Positions 29,700 through 39,599 are shown, counted from the stretch's first letter. The stretch is 64,000 nucleotides of DNA from Candidatus Hydrogenedens sp. (GCA_049968235.1 JBMFRC010000003.1:192001-256000); one strand, 5' to 3'. The notes: a model not told the origin generated them from the sequence alone. Translations and numbers: made by a program.

Positions 29700-30047
29700 G
29701 ATTTCTCTGTATTCTCTGTGGTTGATTATGTTTTTTTCCCACCACGGAGGACACGGAGGGTACGGAGAGGCACAGAGAGGCACAGAAAGGCACAGAGAGA
29801 GGAACCTATCATTTCTTGTTAATGACTGCATATAATTTGAAGTGGATGTATGGGGAATTAAGGTTAAAAAGGATCAATATGCATGGATAACCAAAAGATA
29901 GAAAAATTGACATAAAACAGCACATAAAATAGTAAAAGTAGATTTATAGACTTTTGTATTTTAATTTCTTATCAGGATTTTATCTCATAAAAACATATAT
30001 AAGTTATACCCTAACCTCTTACACTAATTGTTAAGAGGTCTCATATG
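29700..30047 (+). repeat. ~350-bp repeat module (right half of the element), present again inverted at 60420-60810
   Basis: By-eye alignment of 29700-30047 against the reverse complement of 60420-60810 gives long runs of identity. The 29.7k copy has about three extra GGCACAGAGA units. Confidence 0.6.
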
Positions 30048-30352
30048 TATTTTATTTCTTCACTCTGCCCTATTATTCAGTACATTGCATATATTGTATC
30101 TGGCTCATTTTTATTCCCTGTTAGTGAGACACTACCAATACTTTTCCATTACAAGCAGAATACCTCTTCGGTACTCCATTTTTCTTGTATGATTGTGGCA
30201 AAGAAGTTCTCTTTTTTGCCTGTGCTGATTGTTAGTTGGCGGTAATAGGGTGGCTATTTTTACTTTTCTTTATTAACTGTAATAAACTATCTTATTATCT
30301 GTGCTTCAATAGAGTAAACAATAACAATAACTTACAAGAAGGAAAGATAACA

Positions 30353-31768
30353 ATGAAAAAGAATGAATGGTCAAAAATGACACGAAGGGCATTTTTAGCC
30401 ACATCCACAACAGTAGTAACAGCGGGTGCTTTTGCACAGACCCCGTCCACCCAGAATACGGCACAGGTTGTTCCCCGTAAGATTTCTCCGAACGAGAAAT
30501 TGAATGTAGCTGCGATTGGTGCTGGTGGGAAAGGACTTTCTGATATTATGAGTTGCTTTAAGTTGGGACACAATGTTGTTGCTCTTTGCGATGTAGATTG
30601 GAAACGGGCTGAAGAGGCATTTTATCGTTTGCCGAAAGCGAAAAAGTATAAAGATTATCGTAATATGTTAGAAGAGATGAAGGAAATTGATGCGGTTACG
30701 ATTTCTACTCCCGACCATTCTCATGCCCCTGCTGCATATATGGCAATGAAGATGGGGAAACATGTATATGTTCAGAAGCCGTTAACGCATACGATTGCAG
30801 AGGCGAGATTGCTTACCCTCACGGCACGCGAGACAGGTGTCGCAACACAAATGGGGAATCAGGGGCATTGTGGTAATGGAGTGCGTCAATTGTGCGAAAT
30901 GATTTGGAGTGGTGCTATCGGTAATGTGAAAGAAGTTCATATATGGACACATCGTCCGGTATGGGATAATCAGGGAATGACAGAGCCATTACCGCCGGAA
31001 GTAACACCCGAAGATATGGACTGGGACCGCTGGATTAACTGTGCACCATGGCGTCCCTATAACCATAAATTGGCTCCGCATGATTGGCGAGCCTGGCAGG
31101 ATTTCGGTTCCGGTTCTCTGGGCGATATGGCTTGCCATATTATGGACCCGGCATACTGGGCGTTGAAATTGTATGAGGCACCGGAATTTTCTGTTGAAGT
31201 GGTCTTTCAGAAGGGACAAAATAGACAAACATTTCCGATTGCAACCACAGTAAAGTATTCCTTTGTGGCACGTGGCGATATGGGACCTGTTGATGTTTAT
31301 TGGTATGATGGACACTGGAAGGATGAAGCCACCGGTCAGGAAATCTATAATCGTCCCAAACGACCCGAAGGAGTGCCGGAGGATGAAGTATTGGGCGATG
31401 ATAATATGAATGGTTCCATGTTTATTGGTGATAAAGGCATTCTTACAGCAGGGGAATATGGTGGAGAACCGCGATTGGTTCCTTCTTCTTTGATGAAGGA
31501 TTATACCCTACCACCGCAAACGATTGAGCGTATCCCGATGGAAAGTCCATATTTTGACTGGCTTCGTGCTTGCAAGGAAGATAAGCCCGCCTGTTCGAAT
31601 TTTAATTACTCCGGTCCCTTCACAGAAATGGTGCAGTTTGGCAATGTCGTCGTCAAATCAGGTCAAAAGTTAATCTGGGACAATATTAACGGTGTTGTTA
31701 AAAATGTATCCGACCCGAAATCAATTATAAGTAAAGAATATCGTAAAGGCTGGGAACTTCCCTGCTAA
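30353..31768 (+). CDS. TAT-secreted Gfo/Idh/MocA family oxidoreductase
   Basis: TAT motif MTRRAFLATS. Rossmann GxGxxG (AAIGAGGKG) with the typical Gfo/Idh/MocA N-terminal NAD domain. The start was taken at the internal ATG (codon 40 of the tracked ORF). Confidence 0.75.
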   Translation: MKKNEWSKMTRRAFLATSTTVVTAGAFAQTPSTQNTAQVVPRKISPNEKLNVAAIGAGGKGLSDIMSCFKLGHNVVALCDVDWKRAEEAFYRLPKAKKYKDYRNMLEEMKEIDAVTISTPDHSHAPAAYMAMKMGKHVYVQKPLTHTIAEARLLTLTARETGVATQMGNQGHCGNGVRQLCEMIWSGAIGNVKEVHIWTHRPVWDNQGMTEPLPPEVTPEDMDWDRWINCAPWRPYNHKLAPHDWRAWQDFGSGSLGDMACHIMDPAYWALKLYEAPEFSVEVVFQKGQNRQTFPIATTVKYSFVARGDMGPVDVYWYDGHWKDEATGQEIYNRPKRPEGVPEDEVLGDDNMNGSMFIGDKGILTAGEYGGEPRLVPSSLMKDYTLPPQTIERIPMESPYFDWLRACKEDKPACSNFNYSGPFTEMVQFGNVVVKSGQKLIWDNINGVVKNVSDPKSIISKEYRKGWELPC

Positions 31769-31793
31769 CAGAAGATTTATTGATTATTTAACG

Positions 31794-31833
31794 ACAGGAC
31801 CCGATGTTGAACAGCATTGGGTCCTGTTTTGTG
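31794..31833 (+). terminator. Rho-independent terminator (9-bp GC-rich stem plus T-run) after the oxidoreductase gene
   Basis: acaggaccc-gatgttgaacagcatt-gggtcctgt followed by tttgtgtt. Confidence 0.6.
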
Positions 31834-31844
31834 TTCGGGGTAGA

Positions 31845-33050
31845 TTATTCATAGCGCAGGGCTTCAACGGGGTCAACACTTGCCGCTTTCAAAGCAGGAT
31901 ATACACCGGAGATAACACCGACAGCAGAACTGAAAAGGAAAGCAGTCATTACAGACCATAAGGATAGACCTATAGGTAAGTTGGGGTAAAGGGCACGGAT
32001 AATGGCGGAACCCATAAAACCGAGAAAGATACCGGTCATCCCACCGAGAACACTAAGGGTGATGGATTCAACGAGAAATTGCAAACCAATATCGGTACGG
32101 GTGGCTCCTACTGCCATACGAATACCCACTTCACGTGTGCGTTCCCGCACGGATACTAACATAATATTCATAATTCCAATGCCACCTACCAGTAGCGATA
32201 TGCATGCGATACCTACTAACATAAGTCGAAGCATACTGAAAATTCGTGAGAAAGCGGAAAGCATACTATCTTGATTTGTAATGGTAAAATCTTCTTCGTT
32301 ATCGTGAGCAGAACGGACGATTTTTCGTGCTGATTCTGTAGCACGGGGAATATCTTCCTGTGTGCGTGCACCTATAAGAATTTCCATGACTTCTTCGACA
32401 TTAAAAATGCGTTGTGCACTGGGTAGAGGGATAATAACAATATCTCCGAGGTCAATCCCCAATGCCATTCCGCGTTCTTCTAAGATGCCCACAACGGTAT
32501 GTTTTGAACCGTTGATTGAAATTTTTTCATACAAAGCACGGTGTGTTCCGAACAATTCTTTTTTTACAGTTGTTCCGATGATGCAGACACGGCTATTGCG
32601 TTCAATATCTTCTTCCGTGAGGAAACGACCTATTTGTGTGTATAATTGGCGAACTTTCTCAAAGTCCGGGGTTGTGCCGATAAGTAAAACATTCCGCTGA
32701 CGATTTTTATATCGGATATTGGCTAATCCTAATGTGTTGGAAGCCACACCGATGATACCGGGGACTTTCCGTTTTACCTGTCGGGCAATTTCATAAGTAA
32801 GTTTTTTGTGACTTCCCGCACTGATGGGAAACATACCTGTTGTTTCTTGTTTACCGGGGGTAATAATGATGACATTGCTACCCATAATGGCGAATTCCCG
32901 TTCTACATAGGCTTGTGCAGACTCTCCTAAGGCAATTAACAATATTACAGACATAACCCCAATGATTACCCCTAATGCGGTCAATGCGGCACGCATTTTG
33001 TTCTGATTCAGTGCAATGATAGCGGATCGTATAAGTTCCCAGAAAGACAT
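31845..33050 (-). CDS. ABC transporter permease, MacB/FtsX family
   Basis: N-terminal TM, a MacB-like periplasmic domain, then 3 C-terminal FtsX helices. Confidence 0.85.
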   Translation of the reverse strand: MSFWELIRSAIIALNQNKMRAALTALGVIIGVMSVILLIALGESAQAYVEREFAIMGSNVIIITPGKQETTGMFPISAGSHKKLTYEIARQVKRKVPGIIGVASNTLGLANIRYKNRQRNVLLIGTTPDFEKVRQLYTQIGRFLTEEDIERNSRVCIIGTTVKKELFGTHRALYEKISINGSKHTVVGILEERGMALGIDLGDIVIIPLPSAQRIFNVEEVMEILIGARTQEDIPRATESARKIVRSAHDNEEDFTITNQDSMLSAFSRIFSMLRLMLVGIACISLLVGGIGIMNIMLVSVRERTREVGIRMAVGATRTDIGLQFLVESITLSVLGGMTGIFLGFMGSAIIRALYPNLPIGLSLWSVMTAFLFSSAVGVISGVYPALKAASVDPVEALRYE

Positions 33051-33055
33051 TACGA

Positions 33056-34303
33056 TTACTCTCCAAGTGAGGGAACGATTTTGATTCTAACTCCGTCTGT
33101 CAATCCTTTAATTCCAACGGAAGTAATTATGGTATCGCCTTCTTTCAATCCTTCCACAATTTCACGTGTTTCCCAGTTCCCGATACCTAAAGTTACCGGT
33201 TTACGAACAGCACGGTCTCCTACTACCACATAAGCAAATTCATCGCGGATAAGGCTTTCACTTGGGACATAAAGGACATTATCTTTTTCAGATACGATTA
33301 CCGTTACATCCGCAGACATTCCTGCAAGGAAATTGCCCTGTTCCAGAAATCGAACCTTTACTGTAAAGGTTCGAGTAAATTCCTTTGTAATGGTAATTAC
33401 TGGGGATATTTCAAATATTTCACCCATAAAAACCTGTCCCGGGAAGGCGTCTAATTCAATCCTTGTCTTTTGGTTCAATGAGATTTGTCCTGCATTGGCT
33501 TCGTCAAAAGGTGCTTCAATGTATAGGTCAGAATTGTCAAGCAGATACATTAGAGGCACGCCGATAGCAATACCTTCTCCTTCATGCACATTGATGGTGG
33601 CAACAACCCCATCGAAGGGTGCTTTAATAATGGCTTTATCTCTAATGGCTCTGGCTGAATTTAAAGCAGATTCCGCCTGTATGATGGCGGTTTCTCCCGC
33701 TTTTACTTCTTGTTCACGAACTTGTAGTTCTTTTACACTCGTGAGGGCAGATTGGTATGCCTCTTTTGCCACCTTGTAAGCCAGTTCCACTTTTTCCTGT
33801 TCTCCTGGTGAGAGAATTCCCTGTTCACGAAGTTTTTTAGCACGTTCTAAATCCGATTCCGCTTGCTTTAATTGTGCTTGCGTTTGATTGATTTGTGATT
33901 CAGAAAGATTTTTAGCCACCTCATAACCGACGCGTGCTTGTTCCAGTCGTGTCTTTGCAACGAGCAGGTTTGCTTCAGAAAGGGCTACCTGTGCGTCAAG
34001 GTCTTCATGGCTTAATTCAATAAGAATTTCATCTCTGGCAACATGTTGTCCTTCCTTTACATGAACCTTAGAGATGATACCCATCATTCCGCTTGCAATC
34101 ATCGAGCGACGATGTGCCATAATTGTTCCGGAAGCGAAAGCGGAAACCGTTTGCTGGACCTTCCCCTTCTTTACAGTATCTACGGTAACCTGTATTGGCG
34201 ATGTGTAGAAAAAGAAATAATGAACTATACCTGCTACGATTAAAGCGAGAATGAATAAGAAGATTAATCGGATTAGGTAATTTTTGTAATTTACTTTTGC
34301 CAT
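33056..34303 (-). CDS. HlyD/MacA-type periplasmic adaptor (membrane fusion protein)
   Basis: N-terminal TM, biotinyl-lipoyl-like domain, long coiled coil and a beta-barrel domain. Its start overlaps the upstream ATPase gene. Confidence 0.8.
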   Translation of the reverse strand: MAKVNYKNYLIRLIFLFILALIVAGIVHYFFFYTSPIQVTVDTVKKGKVQQTVSAFASGTIMAHRRSMIASGMMGIISKVHVKEGQHVARDEILIELSHEDLDAQVALSEANLLVAKTRLEQARVGYEVAKNLSESQINQTQAQLKQAESDLERAKKLREQGILSPGEQEKVELAYKVAKEAYQSALTSVKELQVREQEVKAGETAIIQAESALNSARAIRDKAIIKAPFDGVVATINVHEGEGIAIGVPLMYLLDNSDLYIEAPFDEANAGQISLNQKTRIELDAFPGQVFMGEIFEISPVITITKEFTRTFTVKVRFLEQGNFLAGMSADVTVIVSEKDNVLYVPSESLIRDEFAYVVVGDRAVRKPVTLGIGNWETREIVEGLKEGDTIITSVGIKGLTDGVRIKIVPSLGE

Positions 34304-34989
34304 TCGTCTGATATTACCTTTCCATCTCTGAAGTGAATAATTCGTTGGGCACGAGACGCTACATCTTTTTCATGTGTAACCATGACAATAGTATGTCCTT
34401 TGCTATGTAATTCATCAAATAATTCAAGGATACTTTCCCCGCTTGCTGTGTCCAGATTTCCTGTGGGTTCATCTGCTAATATTGTGGAAGGATTGTTTAT
34501 CAGTGCCCGTGCAATAGCCACGCGTTGTCGCTGACCTCCGGAAAGTTCGTTGGGTCTGTGATACATACGGTCTCCAAGCCCAACGGCGATTAATGCCTCT
34601 TGAGCCCGTTGCCTTCGTTCTTTTCGTGGAACACGGTCATATATGAGAGGTAATTCCACATTTTCTAACGCAGTAGCACGACTTAATAGGTTAAAATTTT
34701 GAAAAACAAAACCTATCTCATGATTTCGCAGTTCTGCAAGTCGCATTTCAGAAAATTTATGAACCTCTTCACCTTTATACCAATAGGAGCCTGCGGTAGG
34801 TCTGCTAAGACATCCTAAAATATCAAGGAAAGTTGTTTTCCCTGAGCCGGAAGGACCCATAATTGCAACATAAGACCCCGCATCAATTGTCAAATCAACA
34901 CAGTTTAAGGCTATAACTCTATTGTCACCGACTTCATAAACCTTTTCAAGATTTTGCACATAAATTAATCGAGACAAACTTTCGCTCAC
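34291..34989 (-). CDS. ABC transporter ATP-binding protein (MacB/LolD type)
   Basis: Walker A GPSGSGKTT, signature LSGGQRQRVAIARAL, Walker B ILADEPTGNLD. Confidence 0.9.
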   Translation of the reverse strand: MSESLSRLIYVQNLEKVYEVGDNRVIALNCVDLTIDAGSYVAIMGPSGSGKTTFLDILGCLSRPTAGSYWYKGEEVHKFSEMRLAELRNHEIGFVFQNFNLLSRATALENVELPLIYDRVPRKERRQRAQEALIAVGLGDRMYHRPNELSGGQRQRVAIARALINNPSTILADEPTGNLDTASGESILELFDELHSKGHTIVMVTHEKDVASRAQRIIHFRDGKVISDEWQK

Positions 34990-35036
34990 AAAACCCTCCT
35001 ATTGAGGATTCGTAGTTTTTTCTTAAAATGTATATA

Positions 35037-36518
35037 TTATTTGTTTAAAAATCCTTTGGGTAACTCAGCAGGTGGCTCATATTTATAAGGTTCAATATCG
35101 GGAACTATGCGAACAGGTGTTGTAAAGGTGAAAGTGGTATTATCCGGTCCGGGAAAACTCATTTCAATAAGGTATGCTTTCCATCCTTTTTCCGGAGGAT
35201 TTACTTTCCCAACATAGACGCCTTTTTCTTGCTCCGTTAGTTCCTTTGCCTGATAGGCTTTGCCAAGAACATTTAAACGGAAGTCCCGTGCTTCTGGATT
35301 GGTGGCTTCCCATAAAGTAACTTTACCGGGTTTATCTTTTGTCCTGACTACAATAGTACAATCATCTGGAAATTCCCAGGAATATTGCGGAAGAGGTTTT
35401 TTCATAACAATAGCCTTGTAGAATGCAGATACACTGCTGACAACTTCTGGTTTAAGTCCATGACCTGTATTCGGCACATATCGGATATATGTAGGTGCAG
35501 GTAGGTCTGCAAGATAAAATTTCCATGAATCTGGCAGGAAAAATTCATCACCTGCGGAATTAATGATGAATTTGGGCATGGTTAGTCTATTAAGGTAACT
35601 ATACGGGTCAACAATCTTCAACATGGCTGAAAATTCAGGAGTGGTTAACCAGTCCATAATATTCATTTCTACATAATCATCTATTGCGGGAGCCCAACCT
35701 CCATATACCGCATAGTGATGTTTAAATGAGGGGACTAAATTTAGTAAATCAATAACCATGGGTACACATGCCACTACTCGTTTATCTACGATAGTAGTTG
35801 TCCATGTGGTCCAGCCGCGTTTGGAAGCACCTGCTACTACAAATTCATTTACTTTCACTTTTCCGCCTTCTTTACTTGCACAAAATTCCTGCACGGTATC
35901 CATAGCCCGAACGACCGCTTTTGTCATCGGCATACGTGTTAACCATTCCGCTTCTCCTGTTTTCAAATATTTATCCCAATTATATGCGATAATAGCGTCT
36001 TCGCTACGCTTTCTGTCGTTATCATTTGCAAAGACCAGAGGTTGATTCGGTATTTGCTTTATTTCCGCCACTACAGTTTGCACATCTTTGGCTATTGTTC
36101 GTAATAAGGGACTAGAAGATGTCGGCGGTTCATCACTATTTCCCCCACCGGAAATAATAAGTAATGCGGATGAATACTTCACCTTTTTAGGAACAACAAT
36201 TGTTAGCCAGTGTGTCCAGATGGGACGGTCAACTTCTTCAGGAGAACGCCAACTCTGGGAAGTGAGATGAATGTAATAAATAGTGAATTTGTCCGCTTGT
36301 TCTGTTTTTACAAGTTTATAACTGTAATTGGGGTCAGGTTTATAAACATAGGTATCCAGGGGGCCCGGATTTTTTGTTTCTCGGGCATTTGTAGAAGCAA
36401 TAACCTTTTGTGATTCTGATATAGGTGCTTTTGTCGCACAGCCAATAACAGAAGTAACAAGCAAGATAGACAGTAATATGGACAATAATTTCTTACTATT
36501 TAAAATCCGTTGTATCAT
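35037..36518 (-). CDS. PqaA-family (PhoPQ-activated pathogenicity-related protein, PF10142-like) lipoprotein; paralogue of the kinase ectodomain
   Basis: Lipobox VIGC. Conserved LTSQSWRSPEEVDRPIWTHWLTIVVP, GASKRGW (G-x-S-x-x-G nucleophile-elbow-like) and KAVVRAMDTVQE. It aligns along its length with residues ~490-900 of the 1579-4401 product. Confidence 0.6.
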   Translation of the reverse strand: MIQRILNSKKLLSILLSILLVTSVIGCATKAPISESQKVIASTNARETKNPGPLDTYVYKPDPNYSYKLVKTEQADKFTIYYIHLTSQSWRSPEEVDRPIWTHWLTIVVPKKVKYSSALLIISGGGNSDEPPTSSSPLLRTIAKDVQTVVAEIKQIPNQPLVFANDNDRKRSEDAIIAYNWDKYLKTGEAEWLTRMPMTKAVVRAMDTVQEFCASKEGGKVKVNEFVVAGASKRGWTTWTTTIVDKRVVACVPMVIDLLNLVPSFKHHYAVYGGWAPAIDDYVEMNIMDWLTTPEFSAMLKIVDPYSYLNRLTMPKFIINSAGDEFFLPDSWKFYLADLPAPTYIRYVPNTGHGLKPEVVSSVSAFYKAIVMKKPLPQYSWEFPDDCTIVVRTKDKPGKVTLWEATNPEARDFRLNVLGKAYQAKELTEQEKGVYVGKVNPPEKGWKAYLIEMSFPGPDNTTFTFTTPVRIVPDIEPYKYEPPAELPKGFLNK

Positions 36519-36617
36519 AGGAAAACCCTTTCTTTTGTTTAATGAAGAAAATAGACTGCGTAAAAATGAACTTTAAATTGACTAAAAGATAATACAATTT
36601 GTTTCAGTCTAAAAGCA

Positions 36618-36649
36618 ATATAGCCGATACAATTTTGTATCGGCTATAT
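36618..36649 (-). terminator. Perfect 13-bp palindrome hairpin downstream of the DUF1573 gene
   Basis: atatagccgatacaa-tt-ttgtatcggctatat. On the minus strand it is followed by tgcttttag. Confidence 0.4.
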
Positions 36650-36675
36650 GTATTATTAAAAGATTCTGTTCGTAA

Positions 36676-38046
36676 TTATTTTTGTGTTTGAGCCGGTTCT
36701 TGCTGAGGAGGTGTAGTTGGTTTGGGTAACTGGTCTTTGGGTGGAATTTTAATAGAGGTTGGGGGCAGTTTGTGTGGCATGTTGGGTCCCTGTTGCGGAT
36801 TCGGTTTTATCTCGCCACCCATAACATTCCGGGGTCTTGTGCTAAAATTCGGAATATCAATTACACGGAAAGGAATTTTAACTTCAGGTTTTGTTGTAGA
36901 TGTTGTCTTTACAATAATTTCTTTGTCTTTCAAAGAATTGTCCATAGGGATATTCTTAACAAGTAACAGATAGTCACCGGCACTGCGTTCTGTTACTTCG
37001 ACCTGAATATCGGGGGTGGGAGGAATAACTTCGACAATCTTTAATCCTTTCTCTTTACCTTCTTTGATACGTAAATATTGTTGCGTTTTGGCTTGAGGGT
37101 CTTCCTTATTTACTCGATAACTAATGACTTCTGGCGATACATCTATGGCACCGAGAAATCTACCATACATGGAAACATTGATATTCCTTAACGATGTTAT
37201 CGATGGGTCATTTACATCTTTACCGGGAATTGTAGCATCTGTCTGGATAGTGAAAGTTTTGGATAATGTAATGCCGGGTTCCACTTTCTCTATCTGTTTA
37301 ATTCTTATTTTGTAATATTTACCGGGTTCTACGGTTTCTACTTCTGCCTTGAATTGAGGCAAATTACTCATATCCACATTTGTAATGTTGAAAGTCAAAT
37401 CGGGGAGATTGGATTTCACTTCCACAATTTTTTCTTCTACAAAATCCTCTATAATGGAATAACCCAAATTGACGGTCCGTGGTTCTATAATAATGGGTGC
37501 CGAAGCAATACCTTTCAGGGTTAATGTTAATACAGGAGTTTCCGGGTCATTGGATTCAACGGTTATATTTTTTGTCTGGGGTCCCTGGCGATTTGCAAGA
37601 GTAAGGGTTGCTTTAATCTTTGTAGATTCTCCGGGTTGAAGTTCTTTCTTTTCTGGTTGGGCGACGGTGCACCCGCAGGTCGTTTTTACTTTGTCAATTA
37701 GCAGTAATCCATCACCTGCATTTTTAACGACGAATTCGTGTTCCACCTTTTCATCGTTCCTTTTTTCACCGAAATCAAATTCTGGTTCATCGCATACGAT
37801 TTTAGGTTTTCCCCCTGCTGTAGCGGAAGGGACCGCTTTTTGTTCTGCAGGTTGAGCAAGTGCCTTTTCTGCAGGAGGCGGTGTCGATGGTTTCTCTACT
37901 TTCTCTGTATCGGTTGCGGTTTTCCCTGCCTGCTGAGCAGGTGCCGGAGTAGATGGCTCTGACTTTTGTCCACCACAGGAATTGAGAATCACAATTAATG
38001 TTAGTACGAATACAAGACCCAGAAAAACTTTCATACCCTTACTCAT
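36676..38046 (-). CDS. DUF1573 domain protein with Pro/Ala-rich N- and C-terminal low-complexity regions
   Basis: Signal peptide. The conserved DUF1573 core ...FDFGEKRNDEKVEHEFVVKNAGDGLLLIDKVKTTCGCTVAQ... contains the TCGCT motif. Confidence 0.65.
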   Translation of the reverse strand: MSKGMKVFLGLVFVLTLIVILNSCGGQKSEPSTPAPAQQAGKTATDTEKVEKPSTPPPAEKALAQPAEQKAVPSATAGGKPKIVCDEPEFDFGEKRNDEKVEHEFVVKNAGDGLLLIDKVKTTCGCTVAQPEKKELQPGESTKIKATLTLANRQGPQTKNITVESNDPETPVLTLTLKGIASAPIIIEPRTVNLGYSIIEDFVEEKIVEVKSNLPDLTFNITNVDMSNLPQFKAEVETVEPGKYYKIRIKQIEKVEPGITLSKTFTIQTDATIPGKDVNDPSITSLRNINVSMYGRFLGAIDVSPEVISYRVNKEDPQAKTQQYLRIKEGKEKGLKIVEVIPPTPDIQVEVTERSAGDYLLLVKNIPMDNSLKDKEIIVKTTSTTKPEVKIPFRVIDIPNFSTRPRNVMGGEIKPNPQQGPNMPHKLPPTSIKIPPKDQLPKPTTPPQQEPAQTQK

Positions 38047-38228
38047 AAAACTTACCCTTTCTATTTTATTTTTTGAAATGTTTGGTTATCTATAAGAGTA
38101 AAATTTTCACAATAATAACAAAAAACTCATTTATACTAAAAATGAATATAGGACTTTATAAAAACGAAAATGGTATATAATAATGTTGACATAAAATAGA
38201 ATACTCTAAGAATTAAGGAAGATTATGA

Positions 38229-39512
38229 ATGAATATAGTAAATTTTTTAATGTGTTTGTTTTTTGTTTCTTTGGCAGGAAATGAGCCAGATAAAGTAGAT
38301 TTTATTTTAAGTAAACATACAACGATATCCCCTTCAGGTGCTTTTTGCTGGTTTCAAGATCCACGGGCTATTTATTTAGCAGGACAGCATCGACGAACTT
38401 ATGTTGGCTGGATTTCCTCTCAGGGTAAGTTGGAAATAGGCTATTATGACCATGACACAGATGAAGTTAATACAAAAACAATAAAAGAATTCTGGGATAT
38501 CGATGACCATAATGTCCTATCTTTGCTTGTATTACCTGATTTGCGTCTTATGATTTTCTATGCCCGGCATAATAAAGAAAATCTTTATGCACGCCAGAGC
38601 CTCAAACCCGAAGACATAACGACATGGGGAGATGAGATTGTGGTGGCGAAAATGGCGAAAGTAACATATAGTCATCCTGTATTTCTGCATAGCGAAAATT
38701 GTTTCTATGTTTTTTGGCGGGGAGAAACATGGAAACCTACTTTTGCTGTTTCTGAAGATAGTGTCCATTGGTCAGAACCTAAGGTCCTCTTTCAGGATAA
38801 AGGGAAGGAATCGGAGAATGTGCGTCCTTACTTGAAAGTGGTATCGGATGGTAAAAGAAGAATTGACTTTGCGTTTACAGATGGACATCCGAGAAATGAG
38901 CCGTTTAATTCGGTATATTATGCCCGTTATGAATCGGGAAAATTTTATCGTGCAGATGGGACAGTAATAGGTTCTATGGATACCCTTCCCATATTGCATT
39001 CTAATTGTGATAAGGTATATGACGCAAAAGTAACAGGTGTGCGGGCATGGGTCTGGGATATTGCCTTGACCACGGAAGGGAACCCTGTAATTGCTTATAC
39101 ACGATTACCGGAAGAAGACACACATTTTTATCATTATGCCTTATGGGACGGGAAGCAATGGATTGACCATGAAATTACCTTCGCTGGTCCCTGGTTTCCC
39201 GAAACACCCAAAGGTAAACAAGAGCCGGAACCTCATTATTCTGCGGGTATTTGTATCAACCATGCAAATACCGCAGAAGTTTATTTATCTCGACGGGTAA
39301 ATGCTACTTTTGAGATTGAACGATGGATAACTTCGGATAAGGGCAAATCATGGAACTATATCTCTATTACAAAGAATTCGACAGTTATTAATGTTCGTCC
39401 TATCGTCCCATGGGGGTATAATAAAGAGAAGGGGCATGTCATCTGGATGCGTGGGCATTATACCCATTACACTCAGTTTCAGACATCTGTTCAATGCTGG
39501 ATTGAACAATAA
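38229..39512 (+). CDS. BNR/Asp-box repeat protein, a putative secreted glycoside hydrolase (BNR_4-like)
   Basis: Asp-box motifs VSEDSVHW and TSDKGKSW. Signal peptide. Beta-propeller-like repeat pattern. Confidence 0.45.
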   Translation: MNIVNFLMCLFFVSLAGNEPDKVDFILSKHTTISPSGAFCWFQDPRAIYLAGQHRRTYVGWISSQGKLEIGYYDHDTDEVNTKTIKEFWDIDDHNVLSLLVLPDLRLMIFYARHNKENLYARQSLKPEDITTWGDEIVVAKMAKVTYSHPVFLHSENCFYVFWRGETWKPTFAVSEDSVHWSEPKVLFQDKGKESENVRPYLKVVSDGKRRIDFAFTDGHPRNEPFNSVYYARYESGKFYRADGTVIGSMDTLPILHSNCDKVYDAKVTGVRAWVWDIALTTEGNPVIAYTRLPEEDTHFYHYALWDGKQWIDHEITFAGPWFPETPKGKQEPEPHYSAGICINHANTAEVYLSRRVNATFEIERWITSDKGKSWNYISITKNSTVINVRPIVPWGYNKEKGHVIWMRGHYTHYTQFQTSVQCWIEQ

Positions 39513-39599
39513 ATTGTAAGTTTAAAATGTCGAGATAGTATTGATATACTCTTTATTTTTACGTGAAAAATAATGGACTACTAATCGGAAGATGGATAC

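Larger units (their letters stand above)
29344..30047. mobile_element. ~700-bp non-autonomous IS-like element bounded by 17-bp imperfect terminal inverted repeats (CATATGAGACCTCTGAA / TTAAGAGGTCTCATATG); it contains an IS5/InsH-family transposase N-terminal fragment
   Basis: The TIRs were read directly at 29344-29360 and 30031-30047 and are 16/17 complementary. The interior has the transposase remnant at 29465-29698, tandem GGCACAGAGA units and CTCCGTG/CACGGAG palindromes. Confidence 0.5.

Noticed and set aside
29514-29831. ORFs 29514-29831 (-), 29536-29793 (-) and 60692-60892 (+), which share the peptide LTRNDR.LSLCLSV
   Set aside because: They are translations of the inverted copies of the same DNA repeat, with cysteine and serine codons arising from the CACAGAGA/CTCTGTG units. 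They have no start context and lie entirely within the repeat, so they are treated as repeat artefacts, not genes.
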